A DNA stretch of 64,000 nt from Macrostomum lignano (GCA_002269645.1 NIVC01002702.1:62001-126000); one strand, 5' to 3'. Positions 1 through 16,832 are shown, counted from the stretch's first letter. Numbers and translations are program-made. Notes: a model not told the origin generated them from the sequence alone.

Positions 1-495
1 TAGGCACAACAACCCTATTCCGCCGCCACCCCAATCCGATAGGCACAACATTCAATTCTCCCGCCACCCCGATCCGATAGGAACGACCACCCTATTCCCC
101 CGCCAGCCCAAACTGAAAGGCACAACACCCCATTCCGTTGCCACCCCAAACAGATAGGGACCACACCCTATTCCGCCGCCAGCCCAATCCGATAGGCCCA
201 ACACCTCATTCCCCCGCCACCCCAATCCAATAGGCACAACACCCCATTCCGCCGCCACCCCAATCCAATAGGCCCAACACCTCATTCCCACGCCACCCCA
301 ATCGGATAGGCACAACACCACATTCCCCCGCCACCCCAATCCGATAGGCACAACACTCCATTCCGCCGCCACCCCAATCCGATAGGCACAACACCCCATT
401 CCGCCGCCACCCCAATCCGATAGGCACAACACCCCATTCCGCCGCCACCCCAATCCGATAGGCCCAACACCCCATTCCGCCGCCACCCCAAACCA
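1..495. repeat. ~38-bp minisatellite in GPCR intron 2
   Basis: Unit TTCCGCCGCCACCCCAATCCGATAGGCACAACACCCCA, starting about 20 bp from the exon 2 donor. Confidence 0.95.
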
Positions 496-510
496 GTTGA
501 CAAAACTCAC

Positions 511-3500
511 CAAGCATCCTGACTACTGAGTTCTTTGATCGCCTATCGTGAGAGCTTGCACCGCCGCCATTCTCGCCGTCGTTTCTCCTCCTGGCACTTG
601 ACAGAGAATTCGATCGGCCCAGAGCCACGGCGATGAGTACGTAGAGCACAGTGATGATGCACATCGGTGCTACGAAGAACAGTAAACCGGACACTTGAAA
701 ATGAGCGCTGCACAGGTGTGTGTCGGCGCAATGACAGACGACACTCTCGGGAATCGACTGTCCAGTGAGATTAGTCCAGCTGGGCTCGGGACAGCCAGGC
801 GGCAGATTAGACTCGGTCACATTCCAGCCGGGATAGACAGCGTAGGCGACCGGCTTCGAAGCAAATCCAACTGGCAAACAGGCGGTTGCGGCCAGCAGCC
901 AGATGGAAAGGATAATTAGCATGGTGCGCTTGAAACTCGACACCATCTGGACTCGCAGCGGATGAGCGATGGCGATGTAGCGCTCAACGGTGAAACAGGT
1001 GATAGTCAGGACGCTCACGGCGGGTGTCAGTTCGGCTAGGAAGTTGCGAAGTCGGCAGAGCTGCGGACCCAAGTACCAGGGGTACTGCTCCACCAGGGTG
1101 CTGTACAGCTCGTGCGGGATGCCTGTGTGAGTGAGGTGTTGAGTATGACAGTTGTGCTATGCTGGCTGCCTGTCAGGGTGTCGTTACTTGATGCATGTAC
1201 TGTTCAAATAGGGATGTCTACCGACACAATACACTGTTGAAATAGGGATGTCTACCGACACAATACACTGTTGAAATAGGGATGTCTACCGACACAATAC
1301 ACTGTTGAAATAGGGATGTCTACCGACACAATACACTGTTGAAATAGGGATGTCTACCGACACAATACACTGTTGAAATAGGGAATGTCTACCCACACAA
1401 TACACTGTTGAAATAGGGATGTCTACCGACACAATACACTGTGAAAGAGGGAATGTCTACCCACACAATACACCGTTCAAATAGGGAATGTCTACCCACA
1501 CAATACACTGTTCAAATAGGGAATGTCTACCCACACAATACACTGTTCAAATAGGGAATGTCTACCCACACAATACACTATGAAATAGGGAATGTCTACC
1601 AACACAATACAAGTGAGAGAGGAATAGCTACAAAAATTTAAATATTCCAGATCCTGCAGAAGCAACCGCAGATATCTCTGGATTTAAATCCCAATTCATT
1701 TTTGCAAGCAAAGATCAGTTTGAAAAAAAGTAAAAAATGGGCAATAATCTTGCTTTACAGATTGTCTTGTTTGAAAGACAGGAGAAAATTTAGCATTTTA
1801 TCCGTTCTCGCGATCGGGCCATAAATCTAATCGTTTGATTTGCCAAAGAGGAAAATATGGGAGAATACAGGATCTCTTCTCTTCCATCCAATTACTGCCA
1901 ATGCGCCACTAAAAGCAGACAATATCGATAACTTGTTCCCGCGGCGAAGGGCCGCGGCTCAGTGAAGAGAAGCAGACATAGATAGACTGCACACGCAGCT
2001 ATCGTGTAAATGCAGGCATCGATTAACTGTAAATTACCCATCCAGCACTTACAGTAATATTGCTCTATAGAGAGGAACAGTCAGCTACATATGAAGCCTC
2101 GCAGCAAATCTGTCTCTAGGGGGGGATTTTCCTCCCATAGTGAGTGCTTGCAGCGATTGCATATCGGGTAGAGTTGCGCAGCCACAATCAGTCTTGTAAA
2201 TCCTTGCACGAACAACTGCATGACTACAATATAGCTGCGCCAGAATGAATTGAATTGGATTAATAATAATGCCTAAGCCAGTGTGCTATCTGACAGTTTT
2301 ATTCAAATTGCCTGACTAACAGATTAGCCTTGGTGTATACTATAAACAGCCCGCGCGTGCCTACGGTAGAAGTAATTCTCTAAGCCTGATTAAACCGCTC
2401 TCATGTGAGCTTTTCCCGTAAAATACTACTAAAAACCTTTTTTTTAATTGAACACAGAAAAACTAGCCAACTTTGTTTAAGTAAGTGCTACACTGTACAT
2501 CAACACTCTAGACAAATTCTGTTCAGAAGTTTTTCGTAATCTTTCCCTTTCTAAGAAAAATACGTTTAACCCGTCGACTGCAGTACGTGCTGTGTCTGGA
2601 AACAACAGCCACTGGGGTGGCATAAGGACCGCGGCGCTGGCGCCTCTGGTGCTGGCGCCTCTGGTGCTGGCGCCTCTGGTGCTGGCGCCTCTGGTGCTGG
2701 CGCCTCTGGTGCTGGCGCCTCTGGTGCTGGCGCCTCTGGTGCTGGCGCCTCTGGTGCTGGCGCCTCTGGTGCTGGCGCCTCTAGTGCTGGCGCCTCTGGT
2801 GCTGGCGCCTCTGGTGCTGGCGCCTCTGGTGCTGGCGCCTCTGGTGCTGGCGCCTCTGGTGCTGGCGCCTCTGGTGCTGGCGCCTCTGGTGCTGGCGCCT
2901 CTGGTGCTGGCGCCTCTGGTGCTGGCGCCTCTGGTGCTGGCGCCTCTGGTGCTGGCGCCTCTGGTGCTGGCGCCTCTGGTGCTGGCGCCTCTGGTGCTGG
3001 CGCCTCTGGTGCTGGCGCCTCTGGTGCTGGCGCCTCTGGTGCTGGCGCCTCTGGTGCTGGCGCCTCTGGTGCTGGCGCCTCTGGTGCTGGCGCCTCTGGT
3101 GCTGGCGCCTCTGGTGCTGGCGCCTCTGGTGCTGGCGCCTCTGGTGCTGGCGCCTCTGGTGCTGGCGCCTCTGGTGCTGGCGCCTCTGGTGCTGGCGCCT
3201 CTGGTGCTGGCGCCTCTGGTGCTGGCGCCTCTGGTGCTGGCGCCTCTGGTGCTGGCGCCTCTGGTGCTGGCGCCTCTGGTGCTGGCGCCTCTGGTGCTGG
3301 CGCCTCTGGTGCTGGCGCCTCTGGTGCTGGCGCCTCTGGTGCTGGCGCCTCTGGTGCTGGCGCCTCTGGTGCTGGCGCCTCTGGTGCTGGCGCCTCTGGT
3401 GCTGGCGCCTCTGGTGCTGGCGCCTCTGGTGCTGGCGCCTCTGGTGCTGGCGCCTCTGGTGCTGGCGCCTCTGGTCCTAAAGCCCCTGGTGCTGGAGCCC

Positions 3501-6500
3501 CTGGTGCTAAAACCCCTGGAGCTAAAGCCCCTCGCTAAAGAAAATATTACCCAGTATGTATAAGTCCTTAACATCTGCACTTTATGGTATTTTTATGTAA
3601 ATATGTTTTCCTCAAACCGCATTAACGAGATTGGATTCCTTAGCATTCTCAGCTCAAAATAGACATTTTCTTAATGATTTGTTCTTGACCCAAAATTGTC
3701 CAATAGCAGCTAGAACCCCATCTTGCACAGAATGTTGTGCAAAAATCAATAACTTCGAAATACCCAAATGATTGCATGTAGGAAGAATGATATTTGTAAT
3801 AAAAATCAGACAGAAACGATGCATAACCTTCTATTTGCTTGCCAAGATGGAATAAAGCAGCTTACGAACAAGCTGTGACTTTCTGCCTATAATAATATAC
3901 ATAATACATAATGTGGGATTACGAAATTCTATGCATACAAATGAGTAAGAGATGTCCTGATGAACAGGCAATACGGCTGAGACACCATGCCTGGCAACTG
4001 GATTGCCATTCTGCGAGGGATATTGGTGATATTTTTGTCTAGAAAATATAATTCAAGGACCACTACAAGGCGTTGTGTAATTCCCCTCCTAGTAACTGTG
4101 TAATCCCCCTCCTAGTATCTGTGTAATCCCCCTCCTATTAACTGTGTAATCCCCCTCCTATTAACTGTGTAATCCCCCTCCTATTAACTGTGTAGTTCAC
4201 CTCCCTACCCCAGTGTAATTCTCCCCCCTACGCGCTGTGAAATTCTCCCCCTGCTCAGTGTGTGATTCTCCCCCTACCCGATGTGTAACTTCCCCAAATA
4301 CCCAGTGTGTCATTCTCCCCCTACCCGGTGTGTGATTCTCCCCATACCCAGTGTGTGATTCTCCCCCCCCCTACCAGGTGTGCAATTCTCCCCCTACCCG
4401 GTGTGTAATTCTCCCAATACCCAGTGTGTAATTCTCCCAATACCCAATTGTGTGATTCTCCTGATACCCAGTGTGTAATTCTCCCCATACCACAGTGTGT
4501 AATTCTCCCCCTACCCAGTGTGTAATTCTACCTAGCAACTGTGAGAACTGTCTAATTCAAAAGACTGAACACAGCATCCCTTTCCGAGAATTACAGCGCA
4601 TCCACTTAATTCTGGGGCAAAAGCAGCCAAACAGCCAAAAACTTGTGCCACGATCGAATTGGGAAGATTTGTGGCAATCCCTGTAGCTATCAAGTGGATT
4701 TCCCATTTCTCTCTCCTATTGGCTTGATAAACTGCTGGATTCAGCATAAAAAACATGAATTTCTCGCCCTTCAGCCGGTGGCAAAGAGCCGAATTTAGCT
4801 GGAAAACAACCGCCGCACAAAACTTTTTACAGATATGGGAAGAAAAAAATCTGCGAAAAAGAAACCATAAAGCCATTTTTACAGCCGCCAGATGCCTTAC
4901 CAGATCAACTTGATGAATTGCGAAATTTGGTTGAAGCTGGCCTAGATAAAAATAGGTTACACAAAATTGTATCAGGCGCTAAGAGAATCTATGGGAAAAT
5001 TGAAATGTCAATTAACACCTAAGGATTATGACCTACAAATATCTGTACTTCTCCTCATGCGTTTAAAATTTTAACGTTACTAAGACTTTAAGCCCCACCT
5101 GACAGACAGCAAGAGCCGATCTGGGTGTGGGGGGGGGCGCCGATTTTGGTGTAAGAGGCACCAATCTTAGTGTTGGGGGCGCCGATCTTGGAGTAGGGGG
5201 CGCCGATCCTGATTTAAGGGGCGCCGATCTTGGTGTAGGGAGGGGCGTTGATCCTGGTGTAGGGAGTGGCACCGATCCTGGTGTAGGGAGGGGATCCGAT
5301 CCTGGTGTAGGGAAGGGCGCCGATCCTGGTGTAGGGAGTGGCACCGATCCTGGTGTAGGGAAGGGCACCGATCCTGGTGTAGGGAAGGGCGCCGATCCTG
5401 GTGTAGGGAGGGGCGCCGATCCTGGTGTAGGGAGTGGCACCGATCCTGGTGTAGGGAGTGGCGCCGATCCTGGTGTAGGGAGGGGACCCGATCCTGGTGT
5501 AGGGAGGGGACCCGATCCTGGTGTAGGGAGGGGATCCGATCCTGGTGTAGGGAGGGCCCCGATCCTGGTGTAGGGAGGGCACCGGATCCTGGTGTAGGGA
5601 GGGCACCCGATCCTGGTGTAGGGAGGGGATCCGATCCTGGTGTAGGGAAGGGCGCCGATCCTGGTGTAGGGAGTGGCACCGATCCTGGTGTAGGGAAGGG
5701 CACCGATCCTGGTGTAGGGAAGGGCGCCGATCCTGGTGTAGGGAGTGGCGCCGATCCTGGTGTAGGGAGGGGACCCGATCCTGGTGTAGGGAGGGAATCC
5801 GATCCTGGTGTAGGGAGGGGACCCGATCCTGGTGTAGGGAGGGGATCCGATCCTGGTGTAGGGAGGGCCCCGATCCTGGTGTAGGGAGGGCACTGGATCC
5901 TGGTGTAGGGAGGGCACCCGATCCTGGTGTAGGGAGGGGATCCGATCATGGTGTAGGGAAGGGCGCCGATCCTGGTGTAGGGAGTGGCACCGATCCTGGT
6001 GTAGGGAAGGGCACCGATCCTGGTGTAGGGAAGGGCGCCGATCCTGGTGTAGGGAGTGGCGCCGATCCTGGTGTAGGGAGGGGACCCGATCCTGGTGTAG
6101 GGAGGGGATCCGATCCTGGTGTAGGGAGGGGATCCGATCCTGGTGTAGGGAGGGGACCCGATCCTGGTGTAGGGAGGGGATCCGATCCTGGTGTAGGGAG
6201 GGCCCCGATCCTGGTGTAGGGAGGGCACCGGATCCTGGTGTAGGGAGGGCACCCGATCCTGGTGTAGGGAGGGGATCCGATCCTGGTGTAGGGAAGGGCG
6301 CCGATCCTGGTGTAGGGAGTGGCACCGATCCTGGTGTAGGGAAGGGCACCGATCCTGGTGTAGGGAAGGGCGCCGATCCTGGTGTAGGGAGTGGCGCCGA
6401 TCCTGGTGTAGGGAGGGGACCCGATCCTGGTGTAGGGAAGGGCGCCGATCCTGGTGTAGGGAGGGCCCCGATCCTGGTGTAGGGAGGGCACCAGATCCTG

Positions 6501-9500
6501 GTGTAGGGAGGGCACCCGATCCTGCTGTAGGGAGGGGATCCGATCCTGGTGTAGGGAGGGGACCCGATCCTGGTGTAGGGAGGGGATCCGATCCTGGTGT
6601 AGGGAGGGCCCCGATCCTGGTGTAGGGAGGGCACCAGATCCTGGTGTAGGGAGGGCACCCGATCCTGGTGTAGGGAGGGGACCCGATCCTGGTGTAGGGA
6701 GGGGATCCGATCCTGGTGTAGGGAGGGGATCCGATCCTGGTGTAGGGAGGGGATCCGATCCTGGTGTAGGGAGGGCACCCGATCCTGGTGTAGGGAGGGG
6801 ATCCGATCCTGGTGTAGGGAGGGGATCCGATCCTGGTGTAGGGAGGGGATCCGATCCTGGTGTAGGGAGGGCCCCGATCCTAGTGTAGGGAGGGCCCCGA
6901 TCCTGGTGTAGAGTAGGAGATCCCAAATCTAATTTATTAAAAATAGTAATATTTAAAAATTGGATCAAGTCAATTTTTCAAGACTCCATTTTGTGAGTTG
7001 TAGTGATGGAGTGGGATGCCAGCCCACGCCTTTGCGAGGGTGTGCTCGCTAGAAGAGAAAGTGGCGCATTGCGTGAAGCGGTAGCTCGTCCAAATAAGAG
7101 AAACAAAGCAAAGCCACTCTGACTGTTAGACAACGAAAAATGAGCTGAATTGTACTTCTCCCCATCGGTCTGCAACAGATTTCTTAATTTAATCCCAGCC
7201 CTCAGTCTCTAGGAGCATAAGCGCTCTGCATATAAATGCATGCATGGCGCATTAGAATTCTACGCCACACAGATCGAACAAGCAGGCAGTTCTCATCCGG
7301 AGAGTTGAGGTCCGGGCTCAGCGAGAGACAGACGGGACACAATATATAGACTCAGAGACTCTAGTACCCCACCCTGCCCCAGATCCCCAAGAATGATTGA
7401 TGGCCTCGCCGACAGGGGATTTCTCCGACTGCTCTGTGCCGGCCAGTCAGTCAGGCAGTGCGGTGTGAAATTGGAAATTAAGCAAAAATTTTCCTACTTC
7501 AAAAGATTGACGTCCAGCTCCGTTTTGGAGGAGAGAGAGATGAGGAGGAGACATGGAGGCTGGAAAGTCGTCGATTTTTTGGAGCGGAGGCCTGGCTGCG
7601 AACATAAATCTAATGCTGATTCGTTAATTAGTGCGGATTCGAACTGAGTGAAAAAACATGCGGAATTGATGGCTGCTATTTTTAAAACAATATTCCCTGC
7701 TCTCTGACTGAGCAGCTGCGCCACGAGGCTGGGGGGGGGGCACGGCTGTCTCATCATTCCACTCTCCCTTGAGCACCTCTCTCTCCCTCACCTCTCTCTC
7801 CCTCACCTCTCACTCCCTCACCTCTCACTCCCTCACCTCTCACTCCCTCACCTCTCACTCCCTCACCTCTCTCTCCCTCACCTCTCTCTCCCTCACCTCT
7901 CACTCCCTCACCTCTCACTCCCTCACTTCTCTCTCCCTCACCTCTCTCTCCCTCACCTCTCACTCCCTCACCTCTCTCTCCCTCACCTCTCACTCCCTCA
8001 CTTCTCTCTCCCTCACCTCTCTCTCCCTCACCTCTCACTCCCTCACCTCTCTCTCCCTCACCTCTCACTCCCTCACTTCTCTCTCCCTCACCTTCTCTCC
8101 CTCACCTCTCACTCCCTCACCTCTCTCTCCCTCACCTCTCACTCCCTCACCTCTCTCCCTCACCTCTTTCTCTCACCTCTCTCCCTCACCTCTCTCCCTC
8201 AACTCTCTCCCTCACCTCTTTCTCTCTCACCTCTCTCCCTCACCTCTCTCTCCCTCACCTCTCACTCCCTCACCTCTCTCTCACCTCTCACTCGCTCACC
8301 TCTCTCTCTCCCTCACCCTTCTCTCTCTCTCCCTCTCTCTCTCCCTCTTCCTCACCTCTCATTGACATTGACCGAAAGTCAATTTCGCTAATGCTTGTTT
8401 TCCTGCATCAATGTAGCACTTGGCACCGTTCAGAGGATTCTACTTCACTAATTGAAATAGAAAAAAATTCATTTGAATAATTGTTGCCAAATCTTTAGAG
8501 TTCAGAGAAATAATTACCTACAGAAACATCAAACAGTCGATTTCCCCAGTGAAACAAATTGAATACCCCAGCAAAAAAATACCTTAGAAAAATACCCCAA
8601 ATATATTAAAATACCTCGCTGGCATAAAAACCCGTGGTAATAAATAATACCCACGGGACAAAAAAATACCCCAGTGACAAGAAAATACCCCAGTGACAAG
8701 AAAATACCCCAGCGACAAGAAAATTTCCCCAGAGACAAGAAAGAATATCCCAGTGACAAGAAAACAGATCAAAGTCAAGAAAAATACCCCGACAGTAGGA
8801 TCTCATTCACTCTTTTATTCATCACTCTCTCACTCATTCATTCCCTCCCTCATTCACTGTCTCTCATTCACTCTCTCATTCATTCTTTCCTTCATCTCTC
8901 TCTCCCTCATTCACTCTCTCTCTTATTCACTCTCTTCTTCATCACTGTCTCCCTCAGTCACTCTCTCCCTCTTTCACTCTCTCGATCCCTTATTCAGTCT
9001 CTCCTTCATCACACTCTCCCTCATTCACTCTCTCCCTTATTCACTCTCTCCTTCATCACTGTCTCCCTCATTCACTCTCTCCCTTATTCACTCTCTCCTT
9101 CATCACTGTCTCCCTCATTCACTCTCTCCCTCATTCACTCTCTCCTTCATCACTGTCTCCCTCATTCACTCTCTCCCTCATTCACTCTCTTCCTCATTCA
9201 CTGTCTCTCGAATCTCTCTCATTCATTCTTTCCTTCATCTCTCTCTCCCTCATTCACTCTCTCTCTTATTCACTCTCTCTCTTATTCAGTCTCTCCTTCA
9301 TCACTCTCTCCCTCAGCCACTCTCTCCCTTATTCACCTCCCCTCAGCACCCGGCAGTGACAAGAAAATACCCCAGTGAAAAAATACCTCAGCACCAGAAC
9401 TCACCAGTAAGCAGCAGTGACAGATCGCTGATTGCCAGGCTAAACAGGTACAAATTGGTGATGGTGTGCAGACACTTTGTCCTCGCAATCACCAAACAGG

Positions 9501-9672
9501 TGCAGAGGTTGCCAGTCACGCCTAAAAATAGCAATATGGAATAGATGACGCCAAATGGAATCTGGAACTGCAATGGCATTTTTCTTTGGCCAAGAGTTCG
9601 CTCCATCACGGTTGCCAAGTAATGATCTTCGGCCTCGAAGCAATCGACCAGATTATCCATCGAATCGTTCAT
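511..9672 (-). CDS. Rhodopsin-family neuropeptide GPCR, neuromedin U / pyrokinin-capa (PRXamide) receptor-like; 3'-incomplete. Exons 9672-9405 and 1122-511; TM6-7 lie beyond the left edge
   Basis: Exon 1 encodes TM1-2 ([31 protein letters not shown]). Exon 2 encodes YPWYLG..C, TM3 [21 protein letters not shown]4 and TM5. Phase-1 junction ACTG|GTGAG (9404) ... CACACAG|GCATC (1123) gives LLLT-G-IPHEL. Next donor CTTG|GTGAG at 510. The 8.3 kb intron is filled with repeats. Confidence 0.88.
1199..1612. repeat. 34-35-bp minisatellite (~12 copies)
   Basis: Unit CAATACACTGTTGAAATAGGGATGTCTACCGACA. Confidence 0.95.
2632..3540. repeat. Near-perfect 15-bp minisatellite (~56 copies plus degenerate tail)
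   Basis: (GCGCCTCTGGTGCTG)n with one visible variant near 2783; source of the RGAST/LAPLV pseudo-ORFs. Confidence 0.97.
4070..4530. repeat. ~21-22-bp degenerate minisatellite
   Basis: GTGTGTAATTCTCCCCCTACCCA-like units. Confidence 0.9.
5125..6915. repeat. 23-24-bp minisatellite (~75 copies) with higher-order structure
   Basis: CCGATCCTGGTGTAGGGAGGGGAT-like units with variants recurring in a fixed order. Confidence 0.96.
7770..8360. repeat. CT-rich 15-17-bp minisatellite
   Basis: (CTCCCTCACCTCTCA)n and variants. Confidence 0.93.
8545..9395. repeat. 19-bp AAAATACCCCAGTGACAAG array interrupted by a CT-rich array (8800-9345)
   Basis: The outer unit is seen at 8545-8790 and resumes at 9355-9395. 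Confidence 0.88.
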
Positions 9673-10009
9673 GTCGATATAAGATTCGAATTCGACCGGG
9701 ATTTGAAACTTGCGGCTAACGGATTTCTACGAGTAAGAAATTCCTAGCAGCCCCATATAGCAGATTGGAATTGTGGAAGGAAGCAATTTTGTGAAGTGGA
9801 TGGCAGAGCCCTTCCAGAGTGCTCTTGAATCACCCGACCAACCAATCAGAGGCTTCTGCTCCCGGCCACGCTTTCCTTCCTCCCAACGATCCAATAGGGA
9901 CTGCTTGGGATCTTAGCGACTCTGCACTGCCCGCTTGATTTCTTTTCAAGGACTTTTACTGGTGCTAAATACATTCGCTTTAACAGTATGGCTTTTTTAG
10001 AACTCTGAC

Positions 10010-10345
10010 ACCCCAGTGTCTCTCCTGACATTCTACTGTCTCTCCTGACATTCTACTGTCTCTCTTAACATTCCACTATCTCTTCTGACATTCTACTGCC
10101 TCTCCTGACATTCTACTGTCTCTCCTGACTTTCTACTGTCTCTCTTGACATTCCACTACCTCTTATGACATTCTACTGTCTCTCCTGACATTCTACTGTC
10201 TCTCCTGACTTTCTACTGTCTCTCTTGACATTCCACTCTTATGACATTCTACTGTCTCTCCTGACTTTCTACTGTCTATCCTGACATTCTACTGTTTCTC
10301 CTGACACTTTACTGTCTCTTCTGACACTTGAATATATCTCCTAAC
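10010..10345. repeat. 20-bp minisatellite
   Basis: (TCTCCTGACATTCTACTGTC)n. Confidence 0.93.
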
Positions 10346-10369
10346 ATTCCCACTGTACACACTCTAGAT

Positions 10370-10880
10370 TAAATGTAGACACCCTCATTTATCGATCTAA
10401 TCTACACCCCCCATGTATCGATTGAATCTACACACATCCTCATTTATCAATTTATTATTTATCGAAAATACACAAATAAACTTTTACGAGCGTATCATGA
10501 TAATATAGTCACCTGATAAAAAAATTGATACAATTCAACGTCTAATAAAAAAGTTATAGACCAGTTGCCAAAACTTTTTGCGCACCCTTCGTAAACACAC
10601 TTAATTTATCGACTGAATGTACACACACCCCATTTATTTATTGGATGTACACACACCCCATTTATCGATTGAATTTACTCACACCCCATTTATCGACTGA
10701 ATGTACGCAAACCCCATTTATCGACTAAATGTACACACAACCCATTTATCGATTGAATGTACACACACCCAATTTATCGATTGGATGTACACACACCCAA
10801 TTTATCGATTGGATGTACACACACCCAATTTATCGATTAAATGCACTGACACCCCATTTATCGATTGAATGCACACACTC
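10370..10880. repeat. ~26-bp minisatellite
   Basis: ACACACCCCATTTATCGATTGAATGT-like units. Confidence 0.9.
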
Positions 10881-11364
10881 TTATGTAATAACTAGCTAAA
10901 TTTCTGAGTTTTATTGATCAACCTAAATTTCCGGATAAAAAGTGTCCGTGCAGCAACGAACTGTCTCGACGTGCCAGCAGCTACCGCGTCAAATCATTCT
11001 AAAAGAAATTCCATGCTGAGACTCGATCGCGTGCAACTCTGAACGGAACTTTCCAAATAGGGAATCTACGGGAAACTACAGGAAGCAGAAGAAAGGGAGA
11101 GAGAGAAAGAGAGTGAATTTAATACGCTTCGTACCTCGCAAATGTATGGAACAATGTTGCCAAATACTGTGTATCCAAGAGTCTTGGTCTAAAAACGTGG
11201 CGTTCTCGCGAGTTAATTCTAGGCAGAAATGCCACTCTGTGAAATTGCTGGCTAAATATGGTTTGCAGTTCTATTAATCTCGATTTTATTAATGCAAAAT
11301 GATTGGCCACACATTTGATAGAGAATGGGTACAGGTATAATGGATGAGGCCATTGGCACTGTCT

Positions 11365-12170
11365 CCATGACACTGTCTCTCTCACACTGGCACTCTCTCA
11401 CACTGGCAATCTTTCACACTGGCACTCTCTCACACTGGCACTCTCTCACACTGGCACTCTCACACACTGGCACTCTTTCCGACTGTCACTCACTCACACT
11501 GTCACTCTATTCCATTGTCACTCTGTCACACGGTCACTCTCTCATACTGTCACGCTCTCACATTGTCACTCTCACACTGTCACTCTCTCACACTGGCACT
11601 CTCTCACGATGTCACTCTCTCCGACTGTCACTCAATCACACTGTCACTCTATCCCATTGTCACTCTGTCACACTGTCACTCTCCCACTGTCACTCTCTCA
11701 CACTGGCAATCTCTCATACTGTCACTCTCTCACATTGTCACTCTCCCACTGTCACTCTCTCACACTGGCAATCTCTCACACTGGCACTCTCTCACACTGT
11801 CACTCTCCCACTGTCACTCTCTCACATTGGCACTCTCTCATACCTTCACTCTATCCCATTGTCACTCTCCCACTGTCACTCTCTCCCACTGGCACTCTCT
11901 CATACCTTCACTCTATCCCATTGTCACTCTCCCACTGTCATTCTCTCACACTGGCAATCTCTCACATTGTCACTCTCTCACTGGCACTCTCTCACACTGG
12001 CACTCTCTCCGACTGTCACTCACTCACACTGTCACTCTATCCCATTGTCACTCTGTCACACGGTCACTCTCCTACTGTCTCTCTCTCACACTGGCACTCT
12101 CTCACGATGTCACTCTCCCCCATTTCACTCTCTCACAATGTCACTCTCTCACACTGTCACTCTCTCTGAC
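11365..12170. repeat. 16-18-bp CA/CT-rich minisatellite
   Basis: GGCACTCTCTCACACT / GTCACTCTCTCACACT units. Confidence 0.92.
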
Positions 12171-12326
12171 ATTTTTAACATATATTTTATTATTCAAATT
12201 ACTGTCTACTCTACTTTCAAGGTAAGTAGTACAGTAGACAAATGTTGATTTAGATTAACTTTACGCAAGTCACTGTCCAGATATCATACACCGCCCTGCG
12301 AGTAGCAATGTCAATCTGGACTCGAA

Positions 12327-15108
<2,782 letters not shown>

Positions 15109-15357
15109 TAGACGCTTAACTACAATCAACTGAGCTGAGGACCCCATGCATGCAGTGAGTGTTGCATGAGAAGACAGCTGGATAAGGCCGCATATATATA
15201 GCAACTGCAATCATTTTCAGGCCATGGACATCTAATTCTAACGCATAATTACGTCTCTGGAAAGGAAACTGACTAAACACCAAGTTTTTTCTAACCCATC
15301 AGGCGAGCTGCTGCGGCTATACTTTAAGACTCAATTATAGGGTACTGCTAGCAACAC

Positions 15358-15640
15358 AGGGGACGCCAGCTACAAAGGGCGCGCCAGCTACAGAGGGGGC
15401 GCCAGCTACAGAGGGGGCGCCAGCTACAGAGGGGGCGCCAGCTATAGACGGGGCGTCAACTACAGAGGGGGCGCCAGCTATAGAGGGGGCGTCAACTACA
15501 GGGGGCCGCCAACTACAGAGGGGGCGCCAGCTACAGAGGGGCGCCAGCTATAGAGGGGGCGCCAACTACAGAGGGGGCGCCAGCTAAAAAGGGGGCGCCA
15601 GCTACAGAGGGGGCGCCAGCTACAGAGGGGGCGCCAACTA
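15358..15640. repeat. 18-bp minisatellite
   Basis: (GAGGGGGCGCCAGCTACA)n. Confidence 0.94.
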
Positions 15641-16069
15641 CTGAACGAATGCAGTCATAACTAATTACCAAGCTAGACAGCTGACTCTAGAAGTCCATGA
15701 CAGTTCAAGCATATTTATCTTTGTCGATTAATTACGATTCTTGATGTCAATGGCACTCCTCTGCTACACTTCCGTGATCTGTGTTTGATCGGTGCTACTT
15801 CGTGCTTCAAGCTAAAAGCAGCAACGGATGGTTGTCTATCTAGCATGCATTAGCTTTAATTGTTCCGAAGAAGTTACCCTGCAGCTGCAGCCAACAGTGG
15901 GAGGAAGGCGGGTTCGCGCAAATACTCAAAAAATTACGATTGTTCACTGAAGACCAGCTGGCATTAGAAGACATCAAGAGATGGTTCGTAACGTGCAAAT
16001 TTGGTGTAGACTGTAGCATGTACTTCCAGTACTGCTCCACCTGTTAAGCTCAAAGAGCTGGATTCTTAG

Positions 16070-16447
16070 TCTTGCCCTGGTGCGTGTGTCTGTCTGTGTG
16101 TCTCTGTCTGTGTATCTGTCTGTCTGTCTGTCTTTCTGTCTGTCTGTCTGTGTGTGTCTGTCTGTCTGTGTGTCTGTCTGTATGTCTCTGTCTGTGTATC
16201 TGTCCGTCTGTCTTTCTGTGTGTCTGTCTGTGTGTCTGTCTGTCTGTCTGTGTGTCTGTCTGTCTGTGTGTCTGTTTGTGTGTCTGTCTGTGTGTCTGTC
16301 TGTCTGTGTGTCGTCTGTCTGCCTGCCTGTCTGTCTGTATCTATCTATCTATCTTTCTATCTATCCATCTATCTGTTTATCTGTCTGTTTATCTGTCTGT
16401 TTATCTGTCTGTTTGTCTGTCTGTCTATCTATCTATTTATCTGTTTA

Positions 16448-16486
<39 letters not shown>

Positions 16487-16639
16487 CTATCTATCTATCT
16501 ATCTTTCTATCTATCCATCTATCTGTTTATCTGTCTGTTTATCTGTCTGTTTGTCTGTCTGTCTATCTATCTATCTATTTATCTGTTTATCTGTTTGTCT
16601 GTCTGTCTGTCTTTCTATCTATCTGTTTATCTGTCTGCC

Positions 16640-16700
<61 letters not shown>

Positions 16701-16723
16701 ATCTATCTGTTTATCTGTCTGCC

Positions 16724-16784
<61 letters not shown>

Positions 16785-16797
16785 ATCTATCTGTTTA

Positions 16798-16832
<35 letters not shown>

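Noticed and set aside
4830-5020. Protein-like stretch [25 protein letters not shown]
   Set aside because: Short, no start or splice context, no recognisable family
2477-6968. Long ORFs ([23 protein letters not shown] repeats)
   Set aside because: Stop-free translations of intronic minisatellites in several frames and both strands; no unique domain
7754-12248. S/L/H/T-rich ORFs
   Set aside because: Translations of CT/CA-rich repeats
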